A stretch of DNA of 64,000 nucleotides from positions 3,284 through 67,283 of the forward strand of contig DATMMO010000182.1 in assembly GCA_035569695.1 (NCBI GenBank). The letters run 5' to 3'. Position numbers and translations under genes: made by a program. Shown here piece by piece: positions 35,980 through 45,752 of this stretch; positions within the stretch are counted from its first letter, which is position 1; the number at the start of each line of letters is the position of its first letter. The notes beneath the pieces are model-generated. The model was not told the origin of the DNA, ran no database searches, and worked only from the letters and a program-made list of their open reading frames with translations. This DNA is from Acidimicrobiales bacterium. Lineage in GTDB: Bacteria; Actinomycetota; Acidimicrobiia; Acidimicrobiales; RAAP-2.

Positions 35980-37254
35980 GTGCGGGCCAGGGGGAGAACA
36001 ACCATGAGGTTCCGGGCCACACGAGTTACCCTCACCCTTGTCGTCGCGGCGATGCTGAGCGTCGCCGGCGTCGAGGCGATCACCCCGGTCTCGGCCAGCG
36101 CGGCCACCAACGCACCCATTTCCATCGCCCTGGTCTGCACGTGCTCAGGGGCCGGCGGACCGGAGTATCAAGGGGTCCCGGGAGCGTTTCGCGCCCGTAT
36201 CGACCTGCAGAACGCCAACGGTGGCGTCAACGGTCACAAGATCTCGACTTTGGTGTTGGACGACCAGACCAGTCCCACCCAAGCGTCCACCGCCGTCCAA
36301 GAGGCGGTGTCGCACGGGGTTCTGGGCATCGTCTCGATCAGTGCTCTGTTCTTTGAGGGCGCCAAGTACGCCCAACAGGCCGGCATTCCGGTGACCGGCA
36401 GCTTCCAGGACGGACCGGAGTGGGGCCAGCAGCCCTACACCAACATGTTTGCCGCCGACAACGGAAGTGTGAATCCCAAGTATCCGGTCAACACGGGGAT
36501 CGGGAAGTTTCTCGTCTCCCATGGTGGCACCGTCGTGGCCTCCTATGGGTACGGCATATCGCCCTCTTCCACCCGATCGGCTATTGGCACCGTCCAGTCG
36601 GTGATTCATGCCGGCGGCAAGCAGGGCGTCCTCGACACCTCGGTTCCCTTCGGCGGGTCAGACTTCACCACTGCGGCCCTAGTGGCAAAGTCGAAGGGCG
36701 TGAACAGCCTCTACGCAGCCATGGACGACAACTCGAACTTCGCCTTGGCCACCGCCATGAAGCAGGCCGGGGTCAAGATGAAGGCGATCGTATTCCCAAC
36801 TGGCTATGAGCCATCCGCCATCACCTCGCCGGCCTGGCCCGACCTGCAAGGCGCGTACTTCGCCTCCTTGTTCCGGCCTTTCCAGTTGCCCAACGCCGCC
36901 ACCAACGAGATGAAGGCTGCGCTGCAAAAGTACGACGGCTTCTCGGCAACGCAGTTCCCCACCTTCGAGCAGTATGAGGCATGGGTGGGAGCGGACCTAA
37001 TGATCAAGGGCATGCAGCTGTCAGGGAAGAATCCGACGTCGGCTGGGGTCATCACCTCCCTCCGCAAGGTGACGGACTACAACGCCGGCGGCCTCATGCC
37101 TAACTCCATCAACTTCTCGACCATCTTCGGCAAGGATCCGGCCAAGACGTGTGAGTATTACTTGCAGGCCAAATCCAAGGGCTATGTTCCCGTCTCGAGC
37201 CAGCCCACCTGCGGTTCGGACATCCCGGGAACGACGACCGTCACCGGGAGCTGA
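35980..37254 (+). CDS. ABC-transporter substrate-binding protein (branched-chain amino-acid binding, Peripla_BP_6-like), orphan
   Basis: Signal peptide LTLVVAAMLSVAGVEAITPVSASA. NGGVNGHKISTLVLDDQTSP...GIPVTG. ATG 36004 is an alternative start. Confidence 0.8.
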   Translation: MRARGRTTMRFRATRVTLTLVVAAMLSVAGVEAITPVSASAATNAPISIALVCTCSGAGGPEYQGVPGAFRARIDLQNANGGVNGHKISTLVLDDQTSPTQASTAVQEAVSHGVLGIVSISALFFEGAKYAQQAGIPVTGSFQDGPEWGQQPYTNMFAADNGSVNPKYPVNTGIGKFLVSHGGTVVASYGYGISPSSTRSAIGTVQSVIHAGGKQGVLDTSVPFGGSDFTTAALVAKSKGVNSLYAAMDDNSNFALATAMKQAGVKMKAIVFPTGYEPSAITSPAWPDLQGAYFASLFRPFQLPNAATNEMKAALQKYDGFSATQFPTFEQYEAWVGADLMIKGMQLSGKNPTSAGVITSLRKVTDYNAGGLMPNSINFSTIFGKDPAKTCEYYLQAKSKGYVPVSSQPTCGSDIPGTTTVTGS

Positions 37255-37328
37255 CGCCAGGGTCGTCGAAGGCCTCCGAGCGCACATGATGCAATGCCAT
37301 CGATGGCCTCGACCCTCAGAGCACTGGC

Positions 37329-38309
37329 GTGACCATGGATGACACCCAACTGGGCTTACACATCCCGGCCCGGGACATCCCCATTCCGACCTTCCTGAGC
37401 CCCGAAGCACAAGCTGTGTTGGGGATGGGACGGTTCGACGAGGCCGAGTACCCGGCGCTCGATGATCTGGCTGCCTGGCGATCAATGATCGAAGCGAGGG
37501 ACGCACTGGTATTGGCCTTGGTGGAGCCACGGGCAGCGCTCGTGGAGGCCACCGTGGTCGACACCGATCTCGACGGCGTGAGGACGTTCCTGATCACGCC
37601 AAATCGAGTGCGGGAAGACGACCCCCGGGTCTCGCTCGAGATCCACGGCGGCGGCCTGATCATGGGCGGCGGAGCGTGCTGTCGGGCCATGGCCATGAGC
37701 AGCGCAGATGCAAGCGGTGCCCGTACGTGGGCCATCGACTACCGGATGCCGCCCGATGATCCCTATCCGGCATCCCTCGACGATTGCCTCACCGCCTATC
37801 GGGCTCTCCTCGGAGAGCACCGCCCCCAGGACATCATCGTGCGGGGTGCGTCGGCCGGTGGGAACCTGGCCGCCGCCCTCATCCTCCGAGCCCGCGATGA
37901 GGGACTCCCCCTGCCGGCGGCCGCAGTGCTCATGACACCCGAGATCGATCTCACCGAGTCCGGGGACTCATTTCACGCCAACCTGGGCGTGGACTCCGTG
38001 CTGACCCAGAGCCTGATGCCCGCCAACCTCCTCTATGCCGGCGACCACGATCTCGCCCATCCGTATCTGTCGCCATTGTTCGGCGACTTCACCAAGGGCT
38101 TCCCGCCCACCTTCCTGGCCACGGGCACCCGGGACCTGTTCCTCTCGAACACGGTGCGCATGCACCGGGCCTTGCGCGCTGCGGACATCAGCGCTGAGCT
38201 TCACGTCCTCGAGTCGGCCCCCCACGGTGGGTTCTTCGGAGCCGCGCCCGAAGACGCCGCACTGGTCCGGGAGATCCGTCGCTTCTGCGACACCCACTGG
38301 GCGGGCTGA
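37329..38309 (+). CDS. Alpha/beta hydrolase, hormone-sensitive-lipase-like esterase
   Basis: IHGGGLIMGG oxyanion motif (HGGG) and GASAGGN nucleophile elbow (GxSxG). Confidence 0.8.
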   Translation: MTMDDTQLGLHIPARDIPIPTFLSPEAQAVLGMGRFDEAEYPALDDLAAWRSMIEARDALVLALVEPRAALVEATVVDTDLDGVRTFLITPNRVREDDPRVSLEIHGGGLIMGGGACCRAMAMSSADASGARTWAIDYRMPPDDPYPASLDDCLTAYRALLGEHRPQDIIVRGASAGGNLAAALILRARDEGLPLPAAAVLMTPEIDLTESGDSFHANLGVDSVLTQSLMPANLLYAGDHDLAHPYLSPLFGDFTKGFPPTFLATGTRDLFLSNTVRMHRALRAADISAELHVLESAPHGGFFGAAPEDAALVREIRRFCDTHWAG

Positions 38310-38366
38310 CCGATACCCACGGGAACAGCCATCGGCCCCGAAGTCACACCGTGAAGCCCGGGAGGG

Positions 38367-39332
38367 TCAGCTTGTGGTCGGGGTCAGGGCTCGGGCGACA
38401 GCCGTCCACCGCAAGTTCCAGGCCACCCGGGCGATAGCCGAATCCGGAGCCATGAGGTCGAATCCGTGGAACGCCCCCGGATAGACGTGCAGTTCGGTCG
38501 GTACGCCCGCAGCGAACAACCTGCGGGCGTACTCGATGCACTCGTCCCGGAAGGTCTCGACTTCGCCCACATCGATGAATGTGGGCGGGAGCCCCGACAG
38601 GTCGGTGGCCCGAGCCGGAGCGGCATAGGGCGAGACGGAGTCGCCGCCGACACGATCACCCAGTAGGGACGACCAACCCTGGGCATTGTCCTTTCGGTCC
38701 CACACCGTGCCGCCGTCGTACTGGGTGGAGGACGGGGTCAGCGAACGATCATCGAGCATCGGCTCCAAGAGGAGCTGGTAGGCCAGTTGCGGGCCCCCCC
38801 GGTCCCGCGCCAGGAGAGCGGTGCCGGCGGCCAGACCACCACCGGCACTGGGGCCACCGACGGCGATCCGATTGCCGTCGATGCCATAGTCGGACGCGTG
38901 GGCCGCAGTCCACGCCAGGCCGGCGTAACAATCCTCGATGGGTGCGGGGTCGGGATGTTCAGGAGCCAGCCGGTATTCGACGGAGACGATGGCAATGCCG
39001 AGCTTCTCGACCGCACCGACCAAGAGGGTGTCGTCCATGTCCATGGACCCGATCATCATCCCGCCCCCGTGCATCCAGTACAGACCGGGCACGAGGTCGG
39101 TGGTCGTGGTCGGCCGGTAGACGCGCATGGCCACGTCCGGATGGCCGGAAGGTCCGGGCACGGTGACGTCTTCAACGTGCACCGTGCCCGGACGAACGAG
39201 CGGCGTTGTATCGATGACGGCTCGGAGGCCGGATCGCAACTCGCCCAGCCTCTCAGCCTCATATCCAGGAAGGAGCTCCAGCACCGCATCCAGGTATGAG
39301 CGCAGTTCGGGATCAAGGTTGTCAATCGACAT
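38367..39332 (-). CDS. Alpha/beta hydrolase, hormone-sensitive-lipase-like esterase
   Basis: WMHGGGMMIGS (HGGG), GGPSAGGGLA (GxSxG), C-terminal YPGAFHGF. Confidence 0.85.
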   Translation of the reverse strand: MSIDNLDPELRSYLDAVLELLPGYEAERLGELRSGLRAVIDTTPLVRPGTVHVEDVTVPGPSGHPDVAMRVYRPTTTTDLVPGLYWMHGGGMMIGSMDMDDTLLVGAVEKLGIAIVSVEYRLAPEHPDPAPIEDCYAGLAWTAAHASDYGIDGNRIAVGGPSAGGGLAAGTALLARDRGGPQLAYQLLLEPMLDDRSLTPSSTQYDGGTVWDRKDNAQGWSSLLGDRVGGDSVSPYAAPARATDLSGLPPTFIDVGEVETFRDECIEYARRLFAAGVPTELHVYPGAFHGFDLMAPDSAIARVAWNLRWTAVARALTPTTS

Positions 39333-39471
39333 GGTTCACGACCCTAACGCAAGGGCATATCCCTCTGTCCCGTCGCCGACATCTCGTGCGGGGTCTTACC
39401 CGCTCGTAAAACACCCTTGTACCGGACAGCCAACTACCGTGGACCACCAGTCGACGAGAGGACGCAACGCG

Positions 39472-40263
39472 GTGGCACGCACAACGGACAAGACCTATGA
39501 CCTCGGCACCGGCAACCTGCGACTGGAGCAAGACGGTCCGATCGCCTGGTGTGTGATCGACCGACCCCATGCCAGGAATGCCCTGACCCCGGCCATGTAC
39601 TACGGCATCAAACGCGCCGTGCACCTGGTCAACTCCGAACCCGACCTCGCCGCACTCATCATCACCGGGACCGGTGACGTGTTCGCGCCAGGCGGCGACT
39701 TGGGCGGCCGCACCGAGGACCATGAATCGCCGGTCGGCGGCCTTGGCTCCGACATCCTTCCCTTCCTGGCCGTCCGGGACAGCCCGGCGCCGGTGATCGC
39801 CGCCGTCAACGGGATCTGTCAGGCCGGGGGGCTCCTGATCGCCATGATGGCCGACATCGCAGTGGCCAGCGAGCGCTCCACCTTCCGCGTACCCGAACTC
39901 TTGCGAGGCATACCCGACGCCACCTACGCCGCCGCCCTCCCCGCCCATGTGGGAATGGCCGTAGCCCGAGACCTCCTACTCTCGGCCCGGAGCTTCGACG
40001 CCGCCGAGGCTCAGCGCATCGGCCTGCTGTCCCGGGTCGTGGCCCATGACGACCTCCGGAGCGCGGCGGTGGAGGCGGCCACCCAGGTCTTGCGGACAGC
40101 CCCCTCGGCCCGGGTCCACGTCAAGCGCATGCTCAACGAGCGCTACGGCCCCATCGACTACCAGACCATGTTCTGGGCCCTCGAGCACTCGCCCGAACCG
40201 CGTGAAGGCATGAGCGCATTCATGGAGAAACGATCGCCGAAGTGGGTACCCGACCAGGGTTGA
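39472..40263 (+). CDS. Enoyl-CoA hydratase/isomerase (crotonase) family protein
   Basis: VIDRPHARNALT...ITGTGDVFAPGGDL...AAVNGICQAGGL. GTG 39472 with a GAGAGGA Shine-Dalgarno. Confidence 0.8.
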   Translation: MARTTDKTYDLGTGNLRLEQDGPIAWCVIDRPHARNALTPAMYYGIKRAVHLVNSEPDLAALIITGTGDVFAPGGDLGGRTEDHESPVGGLGSDILPFLAVRDSPAPVIAAVNGICQAGGLLIAMMADIAVASERSTFRVPELLRGIPDATYAAALPAHVGMAVARDLLLSARSFDAAEAQRIGLLSRVVAHDDLRSAAVEAATQVLRTAPSARVHVKRMLNERYGPIDYQTMFWALEHSPEPREGMSAFMEKRSPKWVPDQG

Positions 40264-40425
40264 ACCGACGAGTCCCGCGGCCCCACTCACCCGTTGGCTC
40301 GGCGCTCACGACAGCATCCCCTGGTAAGGCGACGCCCCTTCGGGGCCGCTTCGAGGAAGTCAGTCGCTTCAAGAACGGATACCTAGTACTCTATGTAGCT
40401 AGCACCACTCAAGGGAGGGGCGTCC

Positions 40426-41352
40426 ATGCGGGCAATACGAAATGGGCTACCGGAGGTCGAGGTCGTCGATGTCGACGAGCCCGATGGCGACGGAGCGCTG
40501 ATACGGGTGGCGGCCGCGGGTATCTGTGCTTCTGATCTCCAGTACCTCCAATGGGGGAGCCGGGAGATCGCCGGGCACGAGTTCGCCGGTGTCCTTGATG
40601 ACGGTACAGCTGTGGCCGTCGAAGCGATCTTCGGATGCCAGGGCTGTCCACAGTGCGATCGAGGCAACTTCAATCTGTGTACGTCCGGACCCACGGCGCT
40701 GGGACTGACGGCGTCGGGGGGGATGAGCGAGTACTACCGTGCCCCGCGGCACGCCCTCATCCCGCTACCGCCCGGCCTCGACCTCCAGGACGCCGCATTG
40801 GTTGAGCCCGCCTCGGTCGCCTTGCATGCCTGCCATCAGGGATCGATCGGCTCCGACACCAGCGTCGCCGTAGTAGGCGGTGGTGCCATCGGCATGCTGG
40901 CGGCCGCGTCGGCACAGGACTTGGGCGTCAACGAGGTCGCCGTCGAGGTGCGCCACCCCCACCAATTCGATGCCCGCGACCTCATTGGCGCTGCCGCCCC
41001 CTCGGGCCAATACGACGTGGTCCTCGAGGCGGGAGGCAGCGAGAGCTCGCTCCACCGTGCCGTGGAGTTGGCGCGACCGGGTGGCACCGTGGTGTACATG
41101 GGAGTGTTCGATGACATCGCATGGCCCAAGGGCGAGGCCTTCATGAAAGAGGTCGCCATCCGACCATCGCTGGGTTACTGCGGACACAATGGCCAGCGTG
41201 AATTCGCCGAGGCTGCGGGCATGCTTGCCTCGCGCCCCGAGCTGGCGCCCATGCTGATCACCCATCGATTTCCCCTCGAAGACGCGGCCGAAGCATTCCG
41301 GGTGGCGCAGGACAGAACAGTCAGATCCTTCCGGGTCGTGATCGAGCCGTGA
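40426..41352 (+). CDS. Zinc-binding medium-chain alcohol dehydrogenase family protein
   Basis: GICASD...GHEFAG...CQGCPQCDRGNFNLC (catalytic and structural Zn ligands), GGGAIG Rossmann motif. Confidence 0.85.
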   Translation: MRAIRNGLPEVEVVDVDEPDGDGALIRVAAAGICASDLQYLQWGSREIAGHEFAGVLDDGTAVAVEAIFGCQGCPQCDRGNFNLCTSGPTALGLTASGGMSEYYRAPRHALIPLPPGLDLQDAALVEPASVALHACHQGSIGSDTSVAVVGGGAIGMLAAASAQDLGVNEVAVEVRHPHQFDARDLIGAAAPSGQYDVVLEAGGSESSLHRAVELARPGGTVVYMGVFDDIAWPKGEAFMKEVAIRPSLGYCGHNGQREFAEAAGMLASRPELAPMLITHRFPLEDAAEAFRVAQDRTVRSFRVVIEP

Positions 41353-41453
41353 CGCCGCTCGAGCCGCGGTGCCGGCGGCGAGGGGCAACCAGTTACGGCA
41401 CCTCCTCGTATAGTCGGCCAAAGAACCGTCTCCCACCCCGTCAGGAGAAACCG

Positions 41454-42209
41454 ATGTCCGTGCATCCCTCTGGAGCTGGCGATCTCGATCAACGACCCCT
41501 GCCCCGCGATGAAATGGGACTGCTCGAGGGGATGACGACCACGCGAACCATCCGTCGCTACGGGCCCGACCCGGTGCCGCCCGAAGCCCTGCGGGCCATG
41601 CTCTTTGCCGCGACCAGGGCACCCAGCGGCTCCAACCGCCAGCCGTTCCGATTCGTGGTGCTGTCGGATGGGCCCCGGGCCGACGAAGCAAAGCGCTTGG
41701 TGGCCGAGGGTGCACGCAGAATCTGGGCGGCCAAGCGGAACCACGATGGCTACGACCGAGGTAGTGGCCAAGACTCGTTGTCCCCCAAGGCGCGCATGGC
41801 TCGCACCATGGAGCACTATGTCGAGCACTTCGCCGAGGTTCCCGTGCTGATCCTGCCCTGCCTGGTTCGCTACCGGGAACCGACGCCGACGGAGGGCGCA
41901 TCGGTCTACCCCGCCTGTCAGAACCTTCTCCTGGCGGCGCGTGGCCTCGGCTACGGGGGTGCATTCACCGGCATGCACCACTACGTCGAGCCCGAGCTCC
42001 GGGCTCTTCTCGGCATCCCCGACGGAGTGTTCCTGGCCGGGACCATCACCATCGGAAAGCCGGCCGGACACCATGGGCCCGTACGACGTCGGCCCCTCTC
42101 CGAGCTCGTCTACAGCGAGGAATGGGGACGAGCTCCGCACTGGGCGAGAGATCCGCCCGGGACCGAGCACACCTCTGCCGGGCCACCCCAGGCGTCTGCC
42201 CCTCCCTGA
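41454..42209 (+). CDS. Nitroreductase family protein
   Basis: TTRTIRRYGPDPVP...APSGSNRQPFRFVV...RRRPLSELVYSEEWG. AGGAGA Shine-Dalgarno before ATG 41454. Confidence 0.8.
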   Translation: MSVHPSGAGDLDQRPLPRDEMGLLEGMTTTRTIRRYGPDPVPPEALRAMLFAATRAPSGSNRQPFRFVVLSDGPRADEAKRLVAEGARRIWAAKRNHDGYDRGSGQDSLSPKARMARTMEHYVEHFAEVPVLILPCLVRYREPTPTEGASVYPACQNLLLAARGLGYGGAFTGMHHYVEPELRALLGIPDGVFLAGTITIGKPAGHHGPVRRRPLSELVYSEEWGRAPHWARDPPGTEHTSAGPPQASAPP

Positions 42210-42239
42210 CGGCCTACGGCAAAATCGGCTGTGTTACCG

Positions 42240-42249
42240 TTCGTACGAA
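42240..42249. promoter_or_regulatory. Perfect 10-bp palindrome TTCGTACGAA upstream of the mycofactocin-type SDR gene
   Basis: Read directly, 49 nt upstream of ATG 42299. A related palindrome, TCGAATTCGA, lies at 57901-57910. Confidence 0.2.
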
Positions 42250-42298
42250 AACAATCGTTCCGCTTGGACTCTGGTCCACTCAGGCTTTGGAGATACTC

Positions 42299-43156
42299 AT
42301 GACAGGTCGGGTCGAAGGGAAAGTTGCATTCATCACCGGGGCGGCGCGGGGGCAGGGCCGGAGCCACGCCATCCGCCTGGCCGAGGAAGGCGCCGACATC
42401 ATCGCCGTCGACATCTGCGAGCAGATCGAGTCCAACCTCTACCCCCTGGCCACGCCGGAGGACCTGGAGGAAACGGCAAAGGCCGTCGAGAACCTGGGCC
42501 GCCGCATCATCGCCCGGAAGGCCGATGTCCGCGACCGCGACGAGCTGAAGGCTGTACTGGACGAGGGTGTCCGGGAGCTCGGCCATCTCGACGTCGTCGT
42601 GGCCAATGCCGGGATCATGCCCATGGGCACCACGAACCCCATGGACTTCGTGGACGCCACCGACGTCGACCTGATCGGCGTCATGAACACGGTGGCTGCC
42701 GCCCTTCCCCACCTGCCCGACGGGGCGTCGATCGTCATCACCGGCTCCAATGCCGGGTTGATGAGCGGCACCACCGACACCGGGGCGATGGGAGGCGGTG
42801 GCTCGGGCTACGCCTGGTCGAAGAAGACACTGGTCGGCTACACGGAACAGATGGCCATGAACCTGGCCTCGCGCATGATCCGGGTCAACGCCATTCATCC
42901 CACCAACTGCAACACCCACCTCATCCACAATGAGGAGCTGTACCACGTGTTCCGCCCCGATCTCGATAACCCGACCCGGGAAGACGTCATCCCCGCCTTC
43001 ACGTACTTCCAGGCCATGCCCGTTCCCTACGTGGAGCCCGTGGATATCTCCAACGCCGTGCTCTTCTTCGCAAGCGACGAGACCCGCTATGTCACCGGCC
43101 AGCAGTTCCGCGTCGATGCCGGCTCGCTGTTGCGCTGGCCCAACGGCCCCAAGTAG
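42299..43156 (+). CDS. Mycofactocin-coupled-type SDR (carveol-dehydrogenase-like subfamily)
   Basis: GKVAFITGAARGQGRSHAIRLAEEGADIIAVDIC...LYPLATPEDLEETAKAVENLGRRIIARKADVRD is the hallmark N-terminus of this SDR subfamily. YAWSK. Confidence 0.75.
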   Translation: MTGRVEGKVAFITGAARGQGRSHAIRLAEEGADIIAVDICEQIESNLYPLATPEDLEETAKAVENLGRRIIARKADVRDRDELKAVLDEGVRELGHLDVVVANAGIMPMGTTNPMDFVDATDVDLIGVMNTVAAALPHLPDGASIVITGSNAGLMSGTTDTGAMGGGGSGYAWSKKTLVGYTEQMAMNLASRMIRVNAIHPTNCNTHLIHNEELYHVFRPDLDNPTREDVIPAFTYFQAMPVPYVEPVDISNAVLFFASDETRYVTGQQFRVDAGSLLRWPNGPK

Positions 43157-43197
43157 GCAGTCCGCCTCACCCGAGCTCTGGACTGGGGGGTCACCGC

Positions 43198-43608
43198 ATG
43201 GACGACATCGAAGCGATCAAGCAGGTCAAGGCCCGCTACTGCCGCACCATGGACACCAAGGACTGGGCGGCCATGCGGGGGGTCTTCACCGACGATGTGA
43301 CCATGGACACCACCGACTCGGGCGGCGACGTCCAGACCGGTGCCGACGACTTCCTCGCCTTTCTGGTCCAGGCCATTGGCGACGTCGTCACCGTCCACCA
43401 GTGCCACACGCCCGAGATCGAGCTCACCTCGGCGACCACGGCCACGGCCATCTGGGCCATGGAGGACATGCTGCGGTTCGCCGACGGCTCCGAACTGCAC
43501 GGCTATGGCCATTACCACGAGACGTACCGGGCCCACCAGGGCGACTGGCGCATCAGCTCCTCGACGCTGACCCGGCTGCGCATGGACTTCACCCCGGCCC
43601 CGGAGTAG
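43198..43608 (+). CDS. NTF2/SnoaL-fold protein
   Basis: 136 aa. IKQVKARYCRTMDTKDWAAMRGVFTDDV... is a typical SnoaL_4-type N-terminus. Confidence 0.7.
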   Translation: MDDIEAIKQVKARYCRTMDTKDWAAMRGVFTDDVTMDTTDSGGDVQTGADDFLAFLVQAIGDVVTVHQCHTPEIELTSATTATAIWAMEDMLRFADGSELHGYGHYHETYRAHQGDWRISSSTLTRLRMDFTPAPE

Positions 43609-43676
43609 CTCCCTCTCAACCGGGTCGAAGGATCCGATGACGGGGCTCCCCTTCCAGCTGGACGATGCCCGACGAA

Positions 43677-45752
43677 TTACAGACTGGCCACGTCGACCAG
43701 AAGATCACCGGAGTCCAGCATGGTGGCCACGTCGCCCTCAGCCAGCACGACCGTGGTGAACGGACTTTGGATCAGTGCCGGGCCGGGAACGACCGAACCC
43801 TCCCCCAGGTCATGGCCGGCGAACACGGGAGCGTCGTCAATCCAACGATCGCCGGCGTACACGCGCCGGTGGCCCATCGGTTGCGCCGGCCCGGGGTCAG
43901 ACCGCTCCGCCTCCTTGGGTTGCTCCACCAGTCCGGTGGCCACCAGCCGAACGCCACGGACCACCGGTTCCTGGGAGCGGGTTTCGATCAGTCGTGCCGC
44001 CTCGTTTCGGTGGTGGAGCTCTTCGGCCGCCTGGGCCACCGAGTCCCGAGTGAAGGGTGCACCGATCTCCCGCTCCACCGGTATGGCCACGTCGAAGGTC
44101 TGACCCGGGTACACGAGGTTGAGCCGCCATTCGTAGCGTCGGCGACCCGGGTCCACGCCGGCCAGCTCGAGCTTGGCCGTGGCCGAGGTCTCCAGTTCGT
44201 CGGCCAGCTGGGTGAGCTCCTCGACGTCGACTTCCCGCCAGTCGCCGATGAGGGTCCTGGTGTCATCGATGACATGGTCTGCGGTCAACAAGCCCAAGGC
44301 CGAGAAGGCGGGGGCCGCCTCGGGGATGAGGACGCGGTGCATGCCCAGCAGGGCTCCCTGGCGGGCGGCATGGACCGCGCCCATGCCGCCGAAGGCGACC
44401 AGGTCGAGGGTGCGCGGGTCCGATCCGGCCAGGGACAAGACCCTCCGGACGGCGTCGGCCATGTGGGCGTCGATGATCTCGACCGCGGCACGCGCTGTCC
44501 TCTCGGAGTCGAGACCCAGCGGCCTTCCCACCTCCTCCAGGGCACGATGGGCGGCATCGACATCGAGCTCGAGGCGACCTCCCCAGAACGAGGCCGGGTC
44601 CAACCGACCCAGGACCAGGTCGGCGTCGGTCACCGTCGGGCCCGTGCCTCCGTTGCCGTAACAGACCGGTCCGGGCATACTGCCGGCCGACTCGGGCCCG
44701 ACGCGCAGGACGCCGTCGACCACGCCGATCAGCGATCCACCACCGGCGCCGATGGCGTGGATATCGACCATGGGAAGGGCGACACAGTAGCGATGTCGCC
44801 AGTTCCAGTCGGCGGTGACATCGGGCCGGCCGTCTCGGATGAGACAGACGTCGTAGCTGGTTCCGCCCATGTCGACGCTCACCACATCGCCCAAGCCGGC
44901 GCGGGCGGCCGAACGCGCCGCAGCCACCACTCCCCCGGTGGGGCCCGAGCTCATGGTCAGGAGCGGTCGGCTCCGGATCTCGGCCGGGGTGGCCACGCCA
45001 CCCGAGCACGTGGCCAACAACAACTCTCGGCTGAAGCCGGCCTCCGACAACGCCGACTCGAGCTGGTGCAGGTAGCTGACGATCGGTGGCCCCACATAGG
45101 CGTTCACCAGCGTCGTCGAGGTTCGCTCGAACTCGGGCGGCTTCGAGTAGACCTCGTGCGACAGCGATAGCAACTCCAGGTCGGGATACTCGTCGAGGAT
45201 GATGGCCCGGGCCCGTCGCTCGTGCTCGGGATTCAGGTACGAGTACAGAAACGAAACGGCGATCGATGTGACCCCGAAGGCCCGGAGACGGGCGGCCGCC
45301 TTCCGGACCCCTTCCTCGTCGAGCGGTACGTCCACCTCCCCTTCGGCGGTAAGGCGTTCGGCCACCTCCAAACGGACGCGGCGGCGGGCGATGGGAGCGG
45401 GTCGTTCCAGGGCCGGATCCCAGATGTCCTCCTTGAAGCAGCGGCGCAGCTCGATCTCGTCCCGGTATCCCTGGGTGACGATGAGACCGGTGGGGGCCCC
45501 GGACATCTGGATCATGGTGTTGTCGGCGGTGGTGGTGCCGTGGACGATCGACTCGCACCGTTGGAGGAGCGACTGGACGTCGCCCTGCTCCTCGGCCACG
45601 GCCAACCGCCTCAGGCCTTCCAGGACTCCGGCCGACTGGTCATCCGGAGTTGTCGGCGTCTTCTCCAAGAGGATCGTGCCGTCCGGGCGGAGCAACACAC
45701 AGTCGGTGAACGTGCCACCGACATCGACGCCGATGCGATACGACTCGCTCAC
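43677..45752 (-). CDS. Hydantoinase/oxoprolinase A-type subunit (acetone/acetophenone-carboxylase-related family)
   Basis: YRIGVDVGGTFTDCVLL N-terminus and two ASKHA-like ATPase regions. GTG 45752 overlaps the HyuB stop (GTGA). Confidence 0.85.
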   Translation of the reverse strand: MSESYRIGVDVGGTFTDCVLLRPDGTILLEKTPTTPDDQSAGVLEGLRRLAVAEEQGDVQSLLQRCESIVHGTTTADNTMIQMSGAPTGLIVTQGYRDEIELRRCFKEDIWDPALERPAPIARRRVRLEVAERLTAEGEVDVPLDEEGVRKAAARLRAFGVTSIAVSFLYSYLNPEHERRARAIILDEYPDLELLSLSHEVYSKPPEFERTSTTLVNAYVGPPIVSYLHQLESALSEAGFSRELLLATCSGGVATPAEIRSRPLLTMSSGPTGGVVAAARSAARAGLGDVVSVDMGGTSYDVCLIRDGRPDVTADWNWRHRYCVALPMVDIHAIGAGGGSLIGVVDGVLRVGPESAGSMPGPVCYGNGGTGPTVTDADLVLGRLDPASFWGGRLELDVDAAHRALEEVGRPLGLDSERTARAAVEIIDAHMADAVRRVLSLAGSDPRTLDLVAFGGMGAVHAARQGALLGMHRVLIPEAAPAFSALGLLTADHVIDDTRTLIGDWREVDVEELTQLADELETSATAKLELAGVDPGRRRYEWRLNLVYPGQTFDVAIPVEREIGAPFTRDSVAQAAEELHHRNEAARLIETRSQEPVVRGVRLVATGLVEQPKEAERSDPGPAQPMGHRRVYAGDRWIDDAPVFAGHDLGEGSVVPGPALIQSPFTTVVLAEGDVATMLDSGDLLVDVASL

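Noticed and set aside
40264-40425. A CCCC-TTCG-GGGG tetraloop hairpin and an AT-rich imperfect repeat (CTAGTAC-TCTAT-GTAGCTAG) between the crotonase and Zn-ADH genes
   Set aside because: These are plausibly a terminator-like hairpin and a promoter. The repeat is imperfect and unique in the window, so I could not support a specific call.
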